A DNA stretch of 64,000 nucleotides from Terriglobia bacterium (GTDB lineage: Bacteria > Acidobacteriota > Terriglobia > 20CM-2-55-15), in assembly GCA_965198225.1 (NCBI GenBank), contig CBDAOY010000009.1, forward strand, positions 480,001 through 544,000, given 5' to 3'. The first letter of the stretch is position 1, and the number at the start of each line of letters is the position of its first letter. The notes beneath the pieces were generated by a model that did not search any database, had not been told where the DNA came from, and was given only the letters and a program-made list of their open reading frames with translations. Shown here in pieces: positions 10,924-20,301 of the stretch. The position numbers and the translations under genes are program-made.

Positions 10924-11937
10924 GTGAGGAAGCGCATGCGTCGAGTATTGGTACTGTCCATAGTCGGGATCGGTCTCTGGTCCGGATTGGCCGTCGCCCA
11001 GAAGACCCTTGACGAAATCATCGCCAGGGTGAACTCCGATATCATCCTGCGTTCCGAGTACGAGGAGACGGAGCAGTCGATGGCGGAGGAACTGTCCCAG
11101 CAGTTGCAGGGTTTGCAGCTGGAACGAGCCGTCGAAGAAAGCAGCAAGGACCTGCTTCGCACGATGATTGATAATCACCTGCTGCTCCAGAAGGCGAAGG
11201 ACCTGGACATGACCGCCGACCTGGAAGTGATCAAGACCATGGAACGTCTGCGGCAGGAGTACCGCTTCGAGAGCCTCGAGGCTCTCGAGTCCGCTATCCT
11301 CCAACAAGGACAGAATATCGAGACCTTCAAGGAGAACATCGCGATGCAGTACCTCACCGGCCAGGTTCTGCAGCGCGAAGTCTACCCGAAGATCATCATC
11401 ACGACCGAAGACCTCGCGAACTACTACGAGGAGAACAAGGCCGATTTCAATCGGCCCGCGGGTATCCGTCTGCAGGAAATCGTGTTCCTGACCGCCGACA
11501 AGACGCCCGAGGAGCTGGAGGCGATCAGGGCGAAGGCTGACGAAACCCTCTTGCGCGTCCAGGGCGGAGATGATTTCGGAGAGGTTGCCAACGAGGTTTC
11601 CGAGTCCGGCACCGCCTCGAATTTTGGAGACCTCGGGTTTTTCGAGAAGGGCCAGCTCAGTGAAGACTACGAAGCAGCCGCTGCCGATCTCGCTCGCAAC
11701 GAAGTCAGCGAGGTCATCGAATTGTCGGACGCGCTCGTCATTCTGAAAGTCCCGGATCGGCACGACGGAGGTATCCTGGAGTTCGAGCTGGCGCGAAACA
11801 ATATTCAGGACCGCCTCTGGTCCGAGCGGGTCACGCCCCGCGTTCGTGACTACCTGACACGGTTGCGACTCGAGGGGTTCATCGAGATTCGCGAAGGTTA
11901 CAGCGATTCGGGTGCGGCCGAATCCAGCCGGCACTAG
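10924..11937 (+). CDS. surA: SurA-like peptidyl-prolyl isomerase/chaperone
   Basis: Signal peptide, IIARVNSDII, GDLGFF parvulin motif; follows mfd. Confidence 0.8.
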   Translation: MRKRMRRVLVLSIVGIGLWSGLAVAQKTLDEIIARVNSDIILRSEYEETEQSMAEELSQQLQGLQLERAVEESSKDLLRTMIDNHLLLQKAKDLDMTADLEVIKTMERLRQEYRFESLEALESAILQQGQNIETFKENIAMQYLTGQVLQREVYPKIIITTEDLANYYEENKADFNRPAGIRLQEIVFLTADKTPEELEAIRAKADETLLRVQGGDDFGEVANEVSESGTASNFGDLGFFEKGQLSEDYEAAAADLARNEVSEVIELSDALVILKVPDRHDGGILEFELARNNIQDRLWSERVTPRVRDYLTRLRLEGFIEIREGYSDSGAAESSRH

Positions 11938-11960
11938 TCTCCGGCAGCACGCCCTCACGA

Positions 11961-12230
11961 GTGCGACTGGACCTGTTTTTGAAGTGGTGCCGTGTCATCC
12001 CCAGGCGGCCGATGGCAAAAGCCACCTGCGATGCAGGCCGCGTCCAGGTCAACGGCCGCCTCGCCAGGGCAGGTCACCAACTCCGCCTCGACGACGTTGT
12101 CACGCTCGACCTGACCAACAGGCTGTTGAAATTCAAGATCCGATCTCTGCCCGATCGACCACCCGGTAAGGTAGAATCCCGCGAAATGATCGAGGTTCTG
12201 GAGAACATCCGCAAGCGGACGGAGGGCTGA
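11961..12230 (+). CDS. S4 RNA-binding domain protein (Hsp15/RqcP-like)
   Basis: MRLDLFLK..R..RR..AK..CD.GRV.VNG. Confidence 0.85.
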   Translation: MRLDLFLKWCRVIPRRPMAKATCDAGRVQVNGRLARAGHQLRLDDVVTLDLTNRLLKFKIRSLPDRPPGKVESREMIEVLENIRKRTEG

Positions 12231-12231
12231 G

Positions 12232-12591
12232 ATGCTCACGCCGCTGGAACTGGCAATCATGAAGTCGCTGTGGCGACGGGGAGAGGCCACGGTTCGCCAG
12301 GTTCAGGACGACCTGGTAGCTGACAGAGGGCTGGCCTACACGACGGTCATGACCGTGATGGATCGGCTGTTCAAGAAGGAGTTGGTGGAGCGGCGCAAGA
12401 AGTCGAGAGCACACGTGTACCGACCGGTCGTGACCGAGGCGCAAGCACGGAGGGAAGCAGTCGGAGTGCTCCTTGACGGATTTTTCAGGGGCTCCCAGGC
12501 TAGTCTTCGGTCCTACCTGTCCGGAAGGGAACCCACTGCGCCCCCGCACCCATCGAAGGACGCTCCACCCCTCGACGACACCCTGCTCTAG
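12232..12591 (+). CDS. BlaI/MecI/CopY family transcriptional regulator
   Basis: LTPLELAIMKSLW, LAYTTVMTVMDRL..K motifs. Confidence 0.9.
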   Translation: MLTPLELAIMKSLWRRGEATVRQVQDDLVADRGLAYTTVMTVMDRLFKKELVERRKKSRAHVYRPVVTEAQARREAVGVLLDGFFRGSQASLRSYLSGREPTAPPHPSKDAPPLDDTLL

Positions 12592-12771
12592 CAGAGAAGA
12601 AGGCCACGGATTCCACGGAGAGGAGAAGCCTGTGGTCTTCCCTCAGAAAAACCACTCCTAATCCGCTAAATCCGTGCAATCCGTGGCTGGATTCCGTTCA
12701 TCGAGGAAGTTTGCAGTGGACGGCTGGCGACTCTTGTCTTGAACGCTGAACGCTGATCGCTGACAGCTTGA

Positions 12772-13563
12772 CTATTCTTCCTTCTTGAAGAGGATGTCGT
12801 AGAGCTGCTTCTTGCTTATTCCGGTTTGCGCGGACAACAACTTGAGCAGTTGCTTGCGTGTCAGGCCGGACACGTCGATACGGTCGGACTTCGAATCCCG
12901 GTTCCCTTCGACCACGATGACGAATTCCCCTTTTTCGACAACCCGGGGCAGAATCTCCGAGATTTGTCCGGACAGATGCTCCTCATGAATCTTGGTCAAC
13001 TCCCGGCCCACGAAGATCTCCCTGTCCCCGAGTACCTCCAGCATGTCTTCCAGGGCGGAGCGAATGCGGCGCGGTGTTTCGAAGAAGATCAACGTGGAAG
13101 GAACGGATTCGTACGAAGCGAGCTTGCGGCGGCGATGGCTCTGCCGCGCCGGCAGAAAGCCTCCGAAAGAGAAGGCATCACTCGGCAGGCCCGAGACCGA
13201 TAGCGCGGCCACGCTGGCCGACGGGCCCGGTACCGGTATGATCGAGATTTCACGTGCGCGGCACAGCCGAATCAGGCGGTATCCGGGGTCCGCCACCGTC
13301 GGTGTGCCCGCATCGGATATCAGTGCCACGTCGGCGCCCGAGGAGATGCGTGCGGCAAGCTCTTCAGCCTTTTCCGCTTCGTTGAACTCGTGATAGCTCT
13401 CCAGCGGACGGCGGATTCCGTAATGATTGAGCAGCTTCACGGACCGCCGTGTGTCCTCGCACGCAACGAGATCCACCTTTGCAAGGAGTGACGCGGCCCG
13501 ATGAGACAAATCAGCGAGATTGCCGATCGGCGTTGCGACGACGTAGAGGGTGCCTTTTGACAT
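12772..13563 (-). CDS. rsmI: 16S rRNA (cytidine1402-2'-O)-methyltransferase
   Basis: LYVVATPIGNL, EDTR, SDAGTP, RELTKIHE. Confidence 0.95.
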   Translation of the reverse strand: MSKGTLYVVATPIGNLADLSHRAASLLAKVDLVACEDTRRSVKLLNHYGIRRPLESYHEFNEAEKAEELAARISSGADVALISDAGTPTVADPGYRLIRLCRAREISIIPVPGPSASVAALSVSGLPSDAFSFGGFLPARQSHRRRKLASYESVPSTLIFFETPRRIRSALEDMLEVLGDREIFVGRELTKIHEEHLSGQISEILPRVVEKGEFVIVVEGNRDSKSDRIDVSGLTRKQLLKLLSAQTGISKKQLYDILFKKEE

Positions 13564-13594
13564 CGAAAGAAGTCACTTTGAGCTGGTTTTGAGC

Positions 13595-13622
13595 TTGACT
13601 CGTCCGGCTGGCTCGCTACAAT
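13595..13622 (+). promoter_or_regulatory. sigma70-type promoter
   Basis: TTGACT-N16-TACAAT. Confidence 0.6.
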
Positions 13623-13627
13623 AGGTA

Positions 13628-13836
13628 GCTTGGTATACGCCTAAGGGACTAGAGATTGAATCTGAGTCTTGACGAGTACCGAAAGGAAGCAACAAACCTA
13701 CCATAATGCCCAATCAATAATAGCCACTGCTCACTTTTAAGAGCAGTCCTGCTTAAATAGCGTAGCTATTCTTCTTATTGATATCCTCACTTGAATACAT
13801 GGCCCCGGTTCTGGCAAGAACCGGGGCTTCCTCTTT
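13628..13836 (+). ncRNA. candidate small non-coding RNA, family unidentified
   Basis: ORF-less ~40% GC segment between promoter and terminator, with several local hairpins. Confidence 0.4.
13802..13836 (+). terminator. intrinsic terminator
   Basis: GCCCCGGTTCT-ggca-AGAACCGGGGC followed by TTCCTCTTT. Confidence 0.7.
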
Positions 13837-13887
13837 GGCGTCTCGTAATCCGCTAAATCCGCGCAATCCGTGGCTGAATCCGTCCGC

Positions 13888-14087
13888 GCAACCCGTGGCT
13901 TACGGGTCTAAAGAACGCAGGTACTCGCGGAAGTCGGCCCCCAGGTCGTCTCGTTTCAAGGCCATCTCGACGGTGGCTTTGAGGAAGCAACCCGTGGCTT
14001 ACGGGTCTAAAGAACGCAGGTACTCGCGGAAGTCGGCCCCCAGGTCGTCTCGTTTCAAGGCCATCTCGACGGTGGCTTTGAGGAAGC
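13888..14087. repeat. exact 99-bp tandem duplication of the galU 3' end
   Basis: Two identical copies, period 99, 2-bp (GC) junction microhomology. Confidence 0.9.
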
Positions 14088-14871
14088 CGAGTTTGTCACC
14101 TGCATCGTAGCGCGTGCCCTCGAACATGTAGGCATAGACCGGTTGCTGCTCCAGCAACATGCGAATCGCGTCGGTCAGTTGAATTTCGCCGCCGCGGCCG
14201 ACATCGGTGCGCTCGAGGGTGTGAAAGATTTCAGGGGTCAGGAGATAACGGCCGATGATGGCCAGGTCGGAAGGCGCCTCGGCGGCTTCAGGTTTCTCGA
14301 CGACGTCCTGGATTCGGAAGACACGGTCTTCGTAACCGTCCAGCGGGTAGCCCTGGATGATCCCGTAGTGTGAGACTTCATCGGTGGGCACCCGGCAGGT
14401 TGCGATCATCGACGACTGAAGCTTGTCGAACAAATCCGTCATCTGCTTCAGACAAGGTGTCTCCGAGTCAATGATGTCGTCGCCAAGCAGCACTGCGAAG
14501 GGCTCTGCTCCGACCGACTCCCGAGCCATCATAATCGCGTGTCCGAGTCCCAGCGCTTCTTTCTGCCGGACGTAGGAGACGTTTACCATGTTCGAGATCT
14601 GGTTCATCTCGGCCAGCTCCGCGGTCTTACCGCGTTCTTCAAGGATGCGTTCCAACTCGAAGGACACATCGAAGTGATCCTCGATCGCGTTCTTGCCTCG
14701 GCCGGTTACGATCGTGATGTTGCGGATTCCCGACGCGACCGCCTCCTCGACCACGTACTGGATTAGCGGTTTGTCGACGAGCGGCATCATTTCTTTGGGC
14801 TGAGCTTTCGTTGCGGGAAGAAAACGGGTACCGAGCCCGGCTGCCGGGAAGACGGCCTTTCGGATCTGCAT
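13999..14871 (-). CDS. galU: UTP-glucose-1-phosphate uridylyltransferase
   Basis: KAVFPAAGLGTRFLPATKAQPKEM, VEKP, GEIQLTDA. Confidence 0.96.
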   Translation of the reverse strand: MQIRKAVFPAAGLGTRFLPATKAQPKEMMPLVDKPLIQYVVEEAVASGIRNITIVTGRGKNAIEDHFDVSFELERILEERGKTAELAEMNQISNMVNVSYVRQKEALGLGHAIMMARESVGAEPFAVLLGDDIIDSETPCLKQMTDLFDKLQSSMIATCRVPTDEVSHYGIIQGYPLDGYEDRVFRIQDVVEKPEAAEAPSDLAIIGRYLLTPEIFHTLERTDVGRGGEIQLTDAIRMLLEQQPVYAYMFEGTRYDAGDKLGFLKATVEMALKRDDLGADFREYLRSLDP

Positions 14872-14965
14872 GGTGCTGGAGAGGCCGTGAGCGACGTTGG
14901 TCAAGAGCTGATCCTCCAAAAAGGCGATTGTAACGCCATTTCGGAGGGCGGGCGCCCGCGCCCAC

Positions 14966-15895
14966 TCATTTCAAGGAACCTGTTCCGGGCGGGTGTGTCG
15001 ACGGCAACGCGGTTTCCCGTGCGACGCGGACAGTGTTGACGTGGATCGTGACCGTATCGTTTGTATTCTGGGCGTAGCCGCCCGCGAGGACGACGGCGCA
15101 CGCGACACCTTGATCTGCACATGCTTCGAGAACCGTGCGATCACGATTCGCCAGCCCGTCGATAGTCAGCCCCAGCCCTCCGAGCATGTCCTGACGGTAG
15201 GGATCGGCGCCGGCCAGGTAGAAGACCAGGTCCGGGGAGGCGTCGTCGAATCCGGTTGCGATCGCGCGCTCCAATTCCCGAGCGTACTCCTGATCGGTGC
15301 AGCCATCGCGAAGCGGGACATCGATGTCGCTCGGCGGCTTGACGGCCGGGTAGTTGTCAGCCTGATGCAGCGAGATCGTTGTCACGCGGGGGTCCTGTCT
15401 GAATATGAACGCCGTGCCGTTGCCGTGATGGACGTCGCAATCGATGGTCATGGCCGTCTCGATCTTCTTCCTCTTTTGGAGCACCCGGATCGCAACGGCA
15501 ACGTCATTGACCAGACAGAATCCTTCGGCGTGGTCGGGAAAGGCATGATGAAACCCCCCGGACAGGTTCATCGAACGGCCCTCCTCGCAAGCAAGCTCGC
15601 CTGCGAGCAGCGTGCCGCCGGTGGCAAGCCAGAAAGCATCCACCAGCGCGGGCGAAAACGGGACCTCCGCGGCCCTGAGCTCGCCCTCGGCCAGCATGCC
15701 CGTCTTCAGCTTCTGGAGATAGTTGAAGTCATGGACAGTGAGAATGTCTTCGTCGGTCGCGGGGTTGGGGGTCACGAAGGCCGCGGCCTCGACAAATGCC
15801 CGAGTCTCCTCATACACGAGACGATATTTCTGGATGGGAAAGATATGCGTTTCTCCGAAGTTGAGGAAGTAGTCTGGCGAGTAGACGATCTTCAT
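14966..15895 (-). CDS. histone deacetylase family protein
   Basis: GGFHHA, GFC, DCDVHHGNGT, GADP, AGGY. Confidence 0.92.
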   Translation of the reverse strand: MKIVYSPDYFLNFGETHIFPIQKYRLVYEETRAFVEAAAFVTPNPATDEDILTVHDFNYLQKLKTGMLAEGELRAAEVPFSPALVDAFWLATGGTLLAGELACEEGRSMNLSGGFHHAFPDHAEGFCLVNDVAVAIRVLQKRKKIETAMTIDCDVHHGNGTAFIFRQDPRVTTISLHQADNYPAVKPPSDIDVPLRDGCTDQEYARELERAIATGFDDASPDLVFYLAGADPYRQDMLGGLGLTIDGLANRDRTVLEACADQGVACAVVLAGGYAQNTNDTVTIHVNTVRVARETALPSTHPPGTGSLK

Positions 15896-16050
15896 TGGAA
15901 TCGCAGGCCGTTGTCCGTTGTCGAGCCCGCGCAGCGAGGATTATGGCTCGAACTCTTTTGTTCTCGACGACAAGAACTGACGGGTGACGAGTGGATCGAT
16001 GAGAAGCTGAACCGAACCGCACAACGGGCAACGGCCTACGGCCTACGAAA

Positions 16051-16842
16051 CTACAAAAGCCCTTGAACCGCGCCTCCATCGATGGGAATCGTGGTGCCCG
16101 TAATATAGCTGGCCCGCTCCGAAGCCAGGAAGGCGACAAGGGCGGCGAACTCTGCGGTATTGCCGATGCGCCCCAGCGGGATCGTCGACTCCCAGTTTCG
16201 GAGGACGTCCTCCCTCGACACGCCTGTGCGTTCTGCGGTGGCGTTCGCGAGTTGTTCCACCCGTTCGGTCATGGTGAATCCCGGACAGACATTGTTGACC
16301 AGAATATTGTCCGGTCCGAGTTCCTTCGAGAGAGTCTTCGCCAGCCCGACCACACCGGCCCTCAGGCTGTTTGACAGCAGCAATCCGTCTACCGGCTGCT
16401 TGACCGAGATCGAGGTGACGTTGATGATACGCCCCCACCGGTTCGCCTTCATGTAGGGTATGGCTGCCCGGCAGAGGTTCACAACACTCAACAGGTTCAG
16501 ATGGAAGGCGGCCGCCCACGCCGAGTTCTCGAGCGTGTCGAAGGTCCCCGGCGGCGGGCCGCCTGCGTTGGTGACGAGGATGTCGATCGTGCCGAACCGG
16601 CCCGCAACCTCGGAAACCAGCTTCTCGACGTCTTCGGTCAGGGAAACATCGGCTCTCAGCCCAAAAACCTCGCTGCCGGTTTCGCCGGCAATTTCGCCCG
16701 CCACTTGTGTGATAAGGGCTTCGTTCCTGGAGCAGATGGCAACCCGCGCGCCTTCGCGGGCGAGTTCTTCGGCCACGGCCCGGCCCAGGCCCTTGCTGGC
16801 GGCTGCCACAAGAGCCGCTTTGTTCTGAAGTCTTAAATCCAT
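16051..16842 (-). CDS. SDR family oxidoreductase
   Basis: AASKGLG, NAGGPPPG, YITG..IPIDGG. Confidence 0.9.
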   Translation of the reverse strand: MDLRLQNKAALVAAASKGLGRAVAEELAREGARVAICSRNEALITQVAGEIAGETGSEVFGLRADVSLTEDVEKLVSEVAGRFGTIDILVTNAGGPPPGTFDTLENSAWAAAFHLNLLSVVNLCRAAIPYMKANRWGRIINVTSISVKQPVDGLLLSNSLRAGVVGLAKTLSKELGPDNILVNNVCPGFTMTERVEQLANATAERTGVSREDVLRNWESTIPLGRIGNTAEFAALVAFLASERASYITGTTIPIDGGAVQGLL

Positions 16843-16858
16843 CGATGGTCCTTAGCAG

Positions 16859-17230
16859 CTAGGTGTTCCTGAGGTAGTCGTCGGTCTTGTCCAGCCAGTC
16901 CTGCCGTATCGGCGAAAACACGTCCAGGTCCAGCGTGTCTTCGAGCGCTTCGGCCCCATGAACGACGTTGGACGGAATGTGCAGGACTTCGCCCTCACGG
17001 ACGATGATCTCGCGTCCCTCGATGTCGAACTTGAGTGCCCCTTCGAGAACATAGGTCACCTGTTCGTTCTCATGGCTGTGAGCGGGCACGACGCTTCCCG
17101 CCTTCAGGATGACGTGTGCCAGCATCACGCGGTCGCCCGTCACGAGTTTTCTGGATATCGCCGGGTTGAGAGTTTCGAGTTCGATTTCGTCCCAACGGTA
17201 GTGCGTCGAGCGTTGTTCTGCTTCTTCCAT
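16859..17230 (-). CDS. cupin domain protein
   Basis: PAHSHENEQ, IPSNVVH, DVFSPIRQDW; GGAGG RBS before ATG. Confidence 0.88.
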   Translation of the reverse strand: MEEAEQRSTHYRWDEIELETLNPAISRKLVTGDRVMLAHVILKAGSVVPAHSHENEQVTYVLEGALKFDIEGREIIVREGEVLHIPSNVVHGAEALEDTLDLDVFSPIRQDWLDKTDDYLRNT

Positions 17231-17241
17231 CGTAGCGCCTC

Positions 17242-18042
17242 CTAATCGATGATCATCCCCATACGGAACCAGCGTGTGCGGGAGAAAAAGTGTGCGGCTA
17301 TCGAAAAATAGGCCTCGACGCGCTCCCTCCAGGAGCGGCGGCCGGGCACATACGGATCGCTCCGGTAGGACCAGTAGATGAACAGGGGCTTGCCCATGAT
17401 GTCCTCGCGCTGGATGAAGCCCCAGTACCGACTGTCGTTGCTGTTGTCCCGATTGTCGCCCATCACGAAGTATGAATTCTCCGGCAATGTGACCGGTCCG
17501 TAGTTGTCGCGGGCCTGGAGTTCGCTCGAGGTCCAAGGGTCGGCCCGATAGATAGAAGAATCAACGTGGATCTTGTAGGGCTCGTCGAGTTGTTCGGCGT
17601 TGACCAAGACGTTCTTGTCGCGGATTTCTACCTTGTCGCCGGGCAGCGCGATCAGGCGTTTGACGAAAGGGATGTCTCCTTGCGTCGGAGAACGGAAAGC
17701 GACGATATCGCCGCGTTCGAGGCTGCGCCGCGGCAGATACGAGCGGATGAAATCCGGGTAGTTTGCGACGAAAGCCAACTTGTCGAGGAAGAAGTGATCC
17801 CCGACCATGATGGTGGGCTTCATCGACTCGGTCGGGACTTGCGTCGCCTGGGCGACGAAGCTTGTAAAGATCAGGACGAAAATGATGGTGAAGGTGAGGC
17901 TCTCGACCCACTCCCTGACCTGACCCTTACCGATCGGGGCAGGGTCGGCTCGGTTCGCGACTGCCGTTGAATCGAATACGACGAGTTCACCGACGCCAAC
18001 GTCCGGACGGCCATGCTCGAGCGCTCGCAAGTCTTCGCTCAT
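17242..18042 (-). CDS. lepB: signal peptidase I
   Basis: PTESMKPT, FVKRLIALPGD, GDNRDNSNDSRYWG. Confidence 0.95.
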   Translation of the reverse strand: MSEDLRALEHGRPDVGVGELVVFDSTAVANRADPAPIGKGQVREWVESLTFTIIFVLIFTSFVAQATQVPTESMKPTIMVGDHFFLDKLAFVANYPDFIRSYLPRRSLERGDIVAFRSPTQGDIPFVKRLIALPGDKVEIRDKNVLVNAEQLDEPYKIHVDSSIYRADPWTSSELQARDNYGPVTLPENSYFVMGDNRDNSNDSRYWGFIQREDIMGKPLFIYWSYRSDPYVPGRRSWRERVEAYFSIAAHFFSRTRWFRMGMIID

Positions 18043-18485
18043 TGAAGCTTTGCTTGTACGAGGCCGCTGACCCTGCCACCGTCGACGGTTTTTCCCGAGA
18101 GCAATGCCATGGTCGCCTTCATCACCCTGCCCATGTCTTTCGGCCCCTCGGCCCCCGTTTCGGAAATTGCCCCCTCGATCGCCACCTGAATCTCTTCATC
18201 GGTTGCCGGCGGAGGCAGGTACGCTTCGATCACCCCGATCTCTTGTTCTTCCTTCTCTGCCAATTCGATGCGTCCACCCTTGCGGAACTGTGCCGCGGAA
18301 TCCCGACGCTGCTTCACGAGGGTGTTCAGAACAGCCAGCACCTCGTTGTCGTTCAGTGTTTCGCGCTTCTCGATTTCCTTGTGCGTCACTGCGGTCTTGA
18401 CCATCCGCAGGACGCCCAATTTCAGCGCTTCCCTGGCTTTCATGGCAGATGCGAGATCTGCCTGGATTCTCTCCTGTAAAACCAC
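18039..18485 (-). CDS. GatB/YqeY domain protein
   Basis: AMKARE, KQRRDS, YLPP, KDMGRVM. Confidence 0.92.
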   Translation of the reverse strand: MVLQERIQADLASAMKAREALKLGVLRMVKTAVTHKEIEKRETLNDNEVLAVLNTLVKQRRDSAAQFRKGGRIELAEKEEQEIGVIEAYLPPPATDEEIQVAIEGAISETGAEGPKDMGRVMKATMALLSGKTVDGGRVSGLVQAKLQ

Positions 18486-18636
18486 GTCCTATCTCCCGTG
18501 TGGGCGGTCGTCGAATTAGGGAGGGATAGTCATCGGCCGGTCCGGGATAGTTCCCGCGTCCTCCCCGAAGTATCTTAGCAGCCCGATGCAGAAGTCTGGT
18601 TCGCCCGACGCGGCACGATCAGACTTTTGCCGGCCC

Positions 18637-19164
18637 TCAGGCGTCCAGCTCGACGGTCCAGTACAGATAGTCTCGCCAGCTGTCGGGAGGTGACTTGATC
18701 CTGAACGTGATGTGGTAGGCCGGGAGCCATCGAGGTTCGGTGGGCCGCCGGATGAGTTCCATACCGGCCTGTTCGGGCGTGCGGCCTCCCTTCCGGTGGT
18801 TGCACCTGAAGCAGGCGGTCACGATGTTGTCCCACTTCTTCTTGCCGCCCCTCGCGACCGGGATCACGTGATCGAAAGTCAGGTCCTCGGTCGGGGACTT
18901 CTTGCCGCAATACTGGCACTTGTACTCGTCCCTGGCGTAGATGTTCGCGCGCGAGAACTTGACGCGGTGCCGAGTTTTGACCCGGGCGTACTTGATCAGC
19001 CGGCAGATGGAAGGAAGCTTGATCGAAAACGTGACACTGTGCACCTCGCGGTCGTACTCGTCGATGACCTCCACCTTGCCTGCGAACAGCAGGGTCAGCG
19101 CTCTCTTCCACGAAATGATGCGGAGCGGTTCGTAGGACGCATTGAGCAGCAGCGTAGCTTGCAT
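18637..19164 (-). CDS. HNH endonuclease (McrA/HNH_5-like)
   Basis: LLLNASYEPL, RD...CQYCG, DHVIP..RGG, C..CN.RKG. Confidence 0.9.
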   Translation of the reverse strand: MQATLLLNASYEPLRIISWKRALTLLFAGKVEVIDEYDREVHSVTFSIKLPSICRLIKYARVKTRHRVKFSRANIYARDEYKCQYCGKKSPTEDLTFDHVIPVARGGKKKWDNIVTACFRCNHRKGGRTPEQAGMELIRRPTEPRWLPAYHITFRIKSPPDSWRDYLYWTVELDA

Positions 19165-19226
19165 TCGATTCTTCTATTCCTCCACCTGCCGGACCGGCGC
19201 AGCGGCGGTATGGGCCAGTCAGGAAA

Positions 19227-19255
19227 ATTCTTAGCGACGACCGTGGCTTTGTCAA
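19227..19255 (-). promoter_or_regulatory. possible sigma70 promoter for the HNH gene
   Basis: TTGACA-N17-AAGAAT on minus strand. Confidence 0.45.
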
Positions 19256-19464
19256 GGGTTTTCCCGACTCAAACCCTTATTTGACAACAGGTTTGCGGCG
19301 ATCTGACGTGGCGTTCACCATTAGGTGATCGCCCCGGCCCCGGGGTTGGCTTACAATGGCCCCGTTGCGTGAGGCTGTCGGTGCCCAGCGACTAGCCGTC
19401 GGCCCTCAGCAACAGGTATCGGATCCGGAGGCGTTTGGCCCAACAGCCTCGTGGAGAGACAGGT

Positions 19465-20301
19465 ATGTCGTTCGAGCTTGCCCGAAAAGAAAGCCATCTC
19501 CGAAGCATTTTCAGCGGGATGGACTCGTGTGTCGTGGCTTTCAGCGGCGGTGTCGACAGCTCTTACCTGGCCTTGATCGCTCACCAGGAACTGGGTTCCC
19601 GGGCTCTTGCGGTGACTGCGGAAAGCCCCAGCTATCCTGAACACCACAAAGAACAGGCGCTCCGTCTGTTAGACCGCTTCGGATTCCGCCACGAGTTTAT
19701 CCATTCCGAGGAGCTGGACGACCCGAATTATGCCGAGAACCCGGTCAACCGATGTTACTTCTGCAAACATGAGCTGTACGGGAAGCTGAGCGCGCTGGCG
19801 GCCGATAGCGGGTTCGAGTGTGTTGCCGACGGGAACAACCTGGACGATCAGGGCGACTACCGGCCGGGCCGTCGGGCGGGTGTCGAAATGAAGATCCGGA
19901 GTCCTCTGATTGAGGCCGGCCTCTGCAAGGATGAGGTCCGGTCCCTTTCCAGGTCGCAGGGACTCCCGATGTGGGATCAGCCCGCTTCAGCATGCCTGTC
20001 CTCCCGCATTCCATATGGGCTTGCTGTGACGAAGGAGAAACTGAGGATGATCGAGCGCGGAGAAGAGGTGTTGCGGTCTCTGGGGTTCCGCCAGAGTCGG
20101 GTCCGCCACCATGGCGACATCGCGAGGATCGAGATTGCCCGCGATGAACTGATGAAAGCGATGAGTATGGAAATGTTCGACCGCTTGACTTCCGAGTTCA
20201 AAGCGATCGGTTTTCGTTTCGTGACGCTCGACGTGGAGGGCTACCGGTCCGGAGCCCTGAACGAAACGCTGACTCCCCTGAACATGCCGGAAGAGAAGTG
20301 A
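19465..20301 (+). CDS. larE: ATP-dependent sacrificial sulfur transferase LarE family
   Basis: AFSGGVDSS PP-loop, RCYFCK, DYRPG, ACLSSRIPYG, RVRHH. Confidence 0.9.
   Translation: MSFELARKESHLRSIFSGMDSCVVAFSGGVDSSYLALIAHQELGSRALAVTAESPSYPEHHKEQALRLLDRFGFRHEFIHSEELDDPNYAENPVNRCYFCKHELYGKLSALAADSGFECVADGNNLDDQGDYRPGRRAGVEMKIRSPLIEAGLCKDEVRSLSRSQGLPMWDQPASACLSSRIPYGLAVTKEKLRMIERGEEVLRSLGFRQSRVRHHGDIARIEIARDELMKAMSMEMFDRLTSEFKAIGFRFVTLDVEGYRSGALNETLTPLNMPEEK

Noticed and set aside
13660-13695. Hammerhead ribozyme or Moco riboswitch-like words (TTGACGAG..GAAA, CCTAAG, GAAAGGA)
   Set aside because: The required core (CUGANGA with proper stems, or the full Moco architecture) cannot be assembled by eye.
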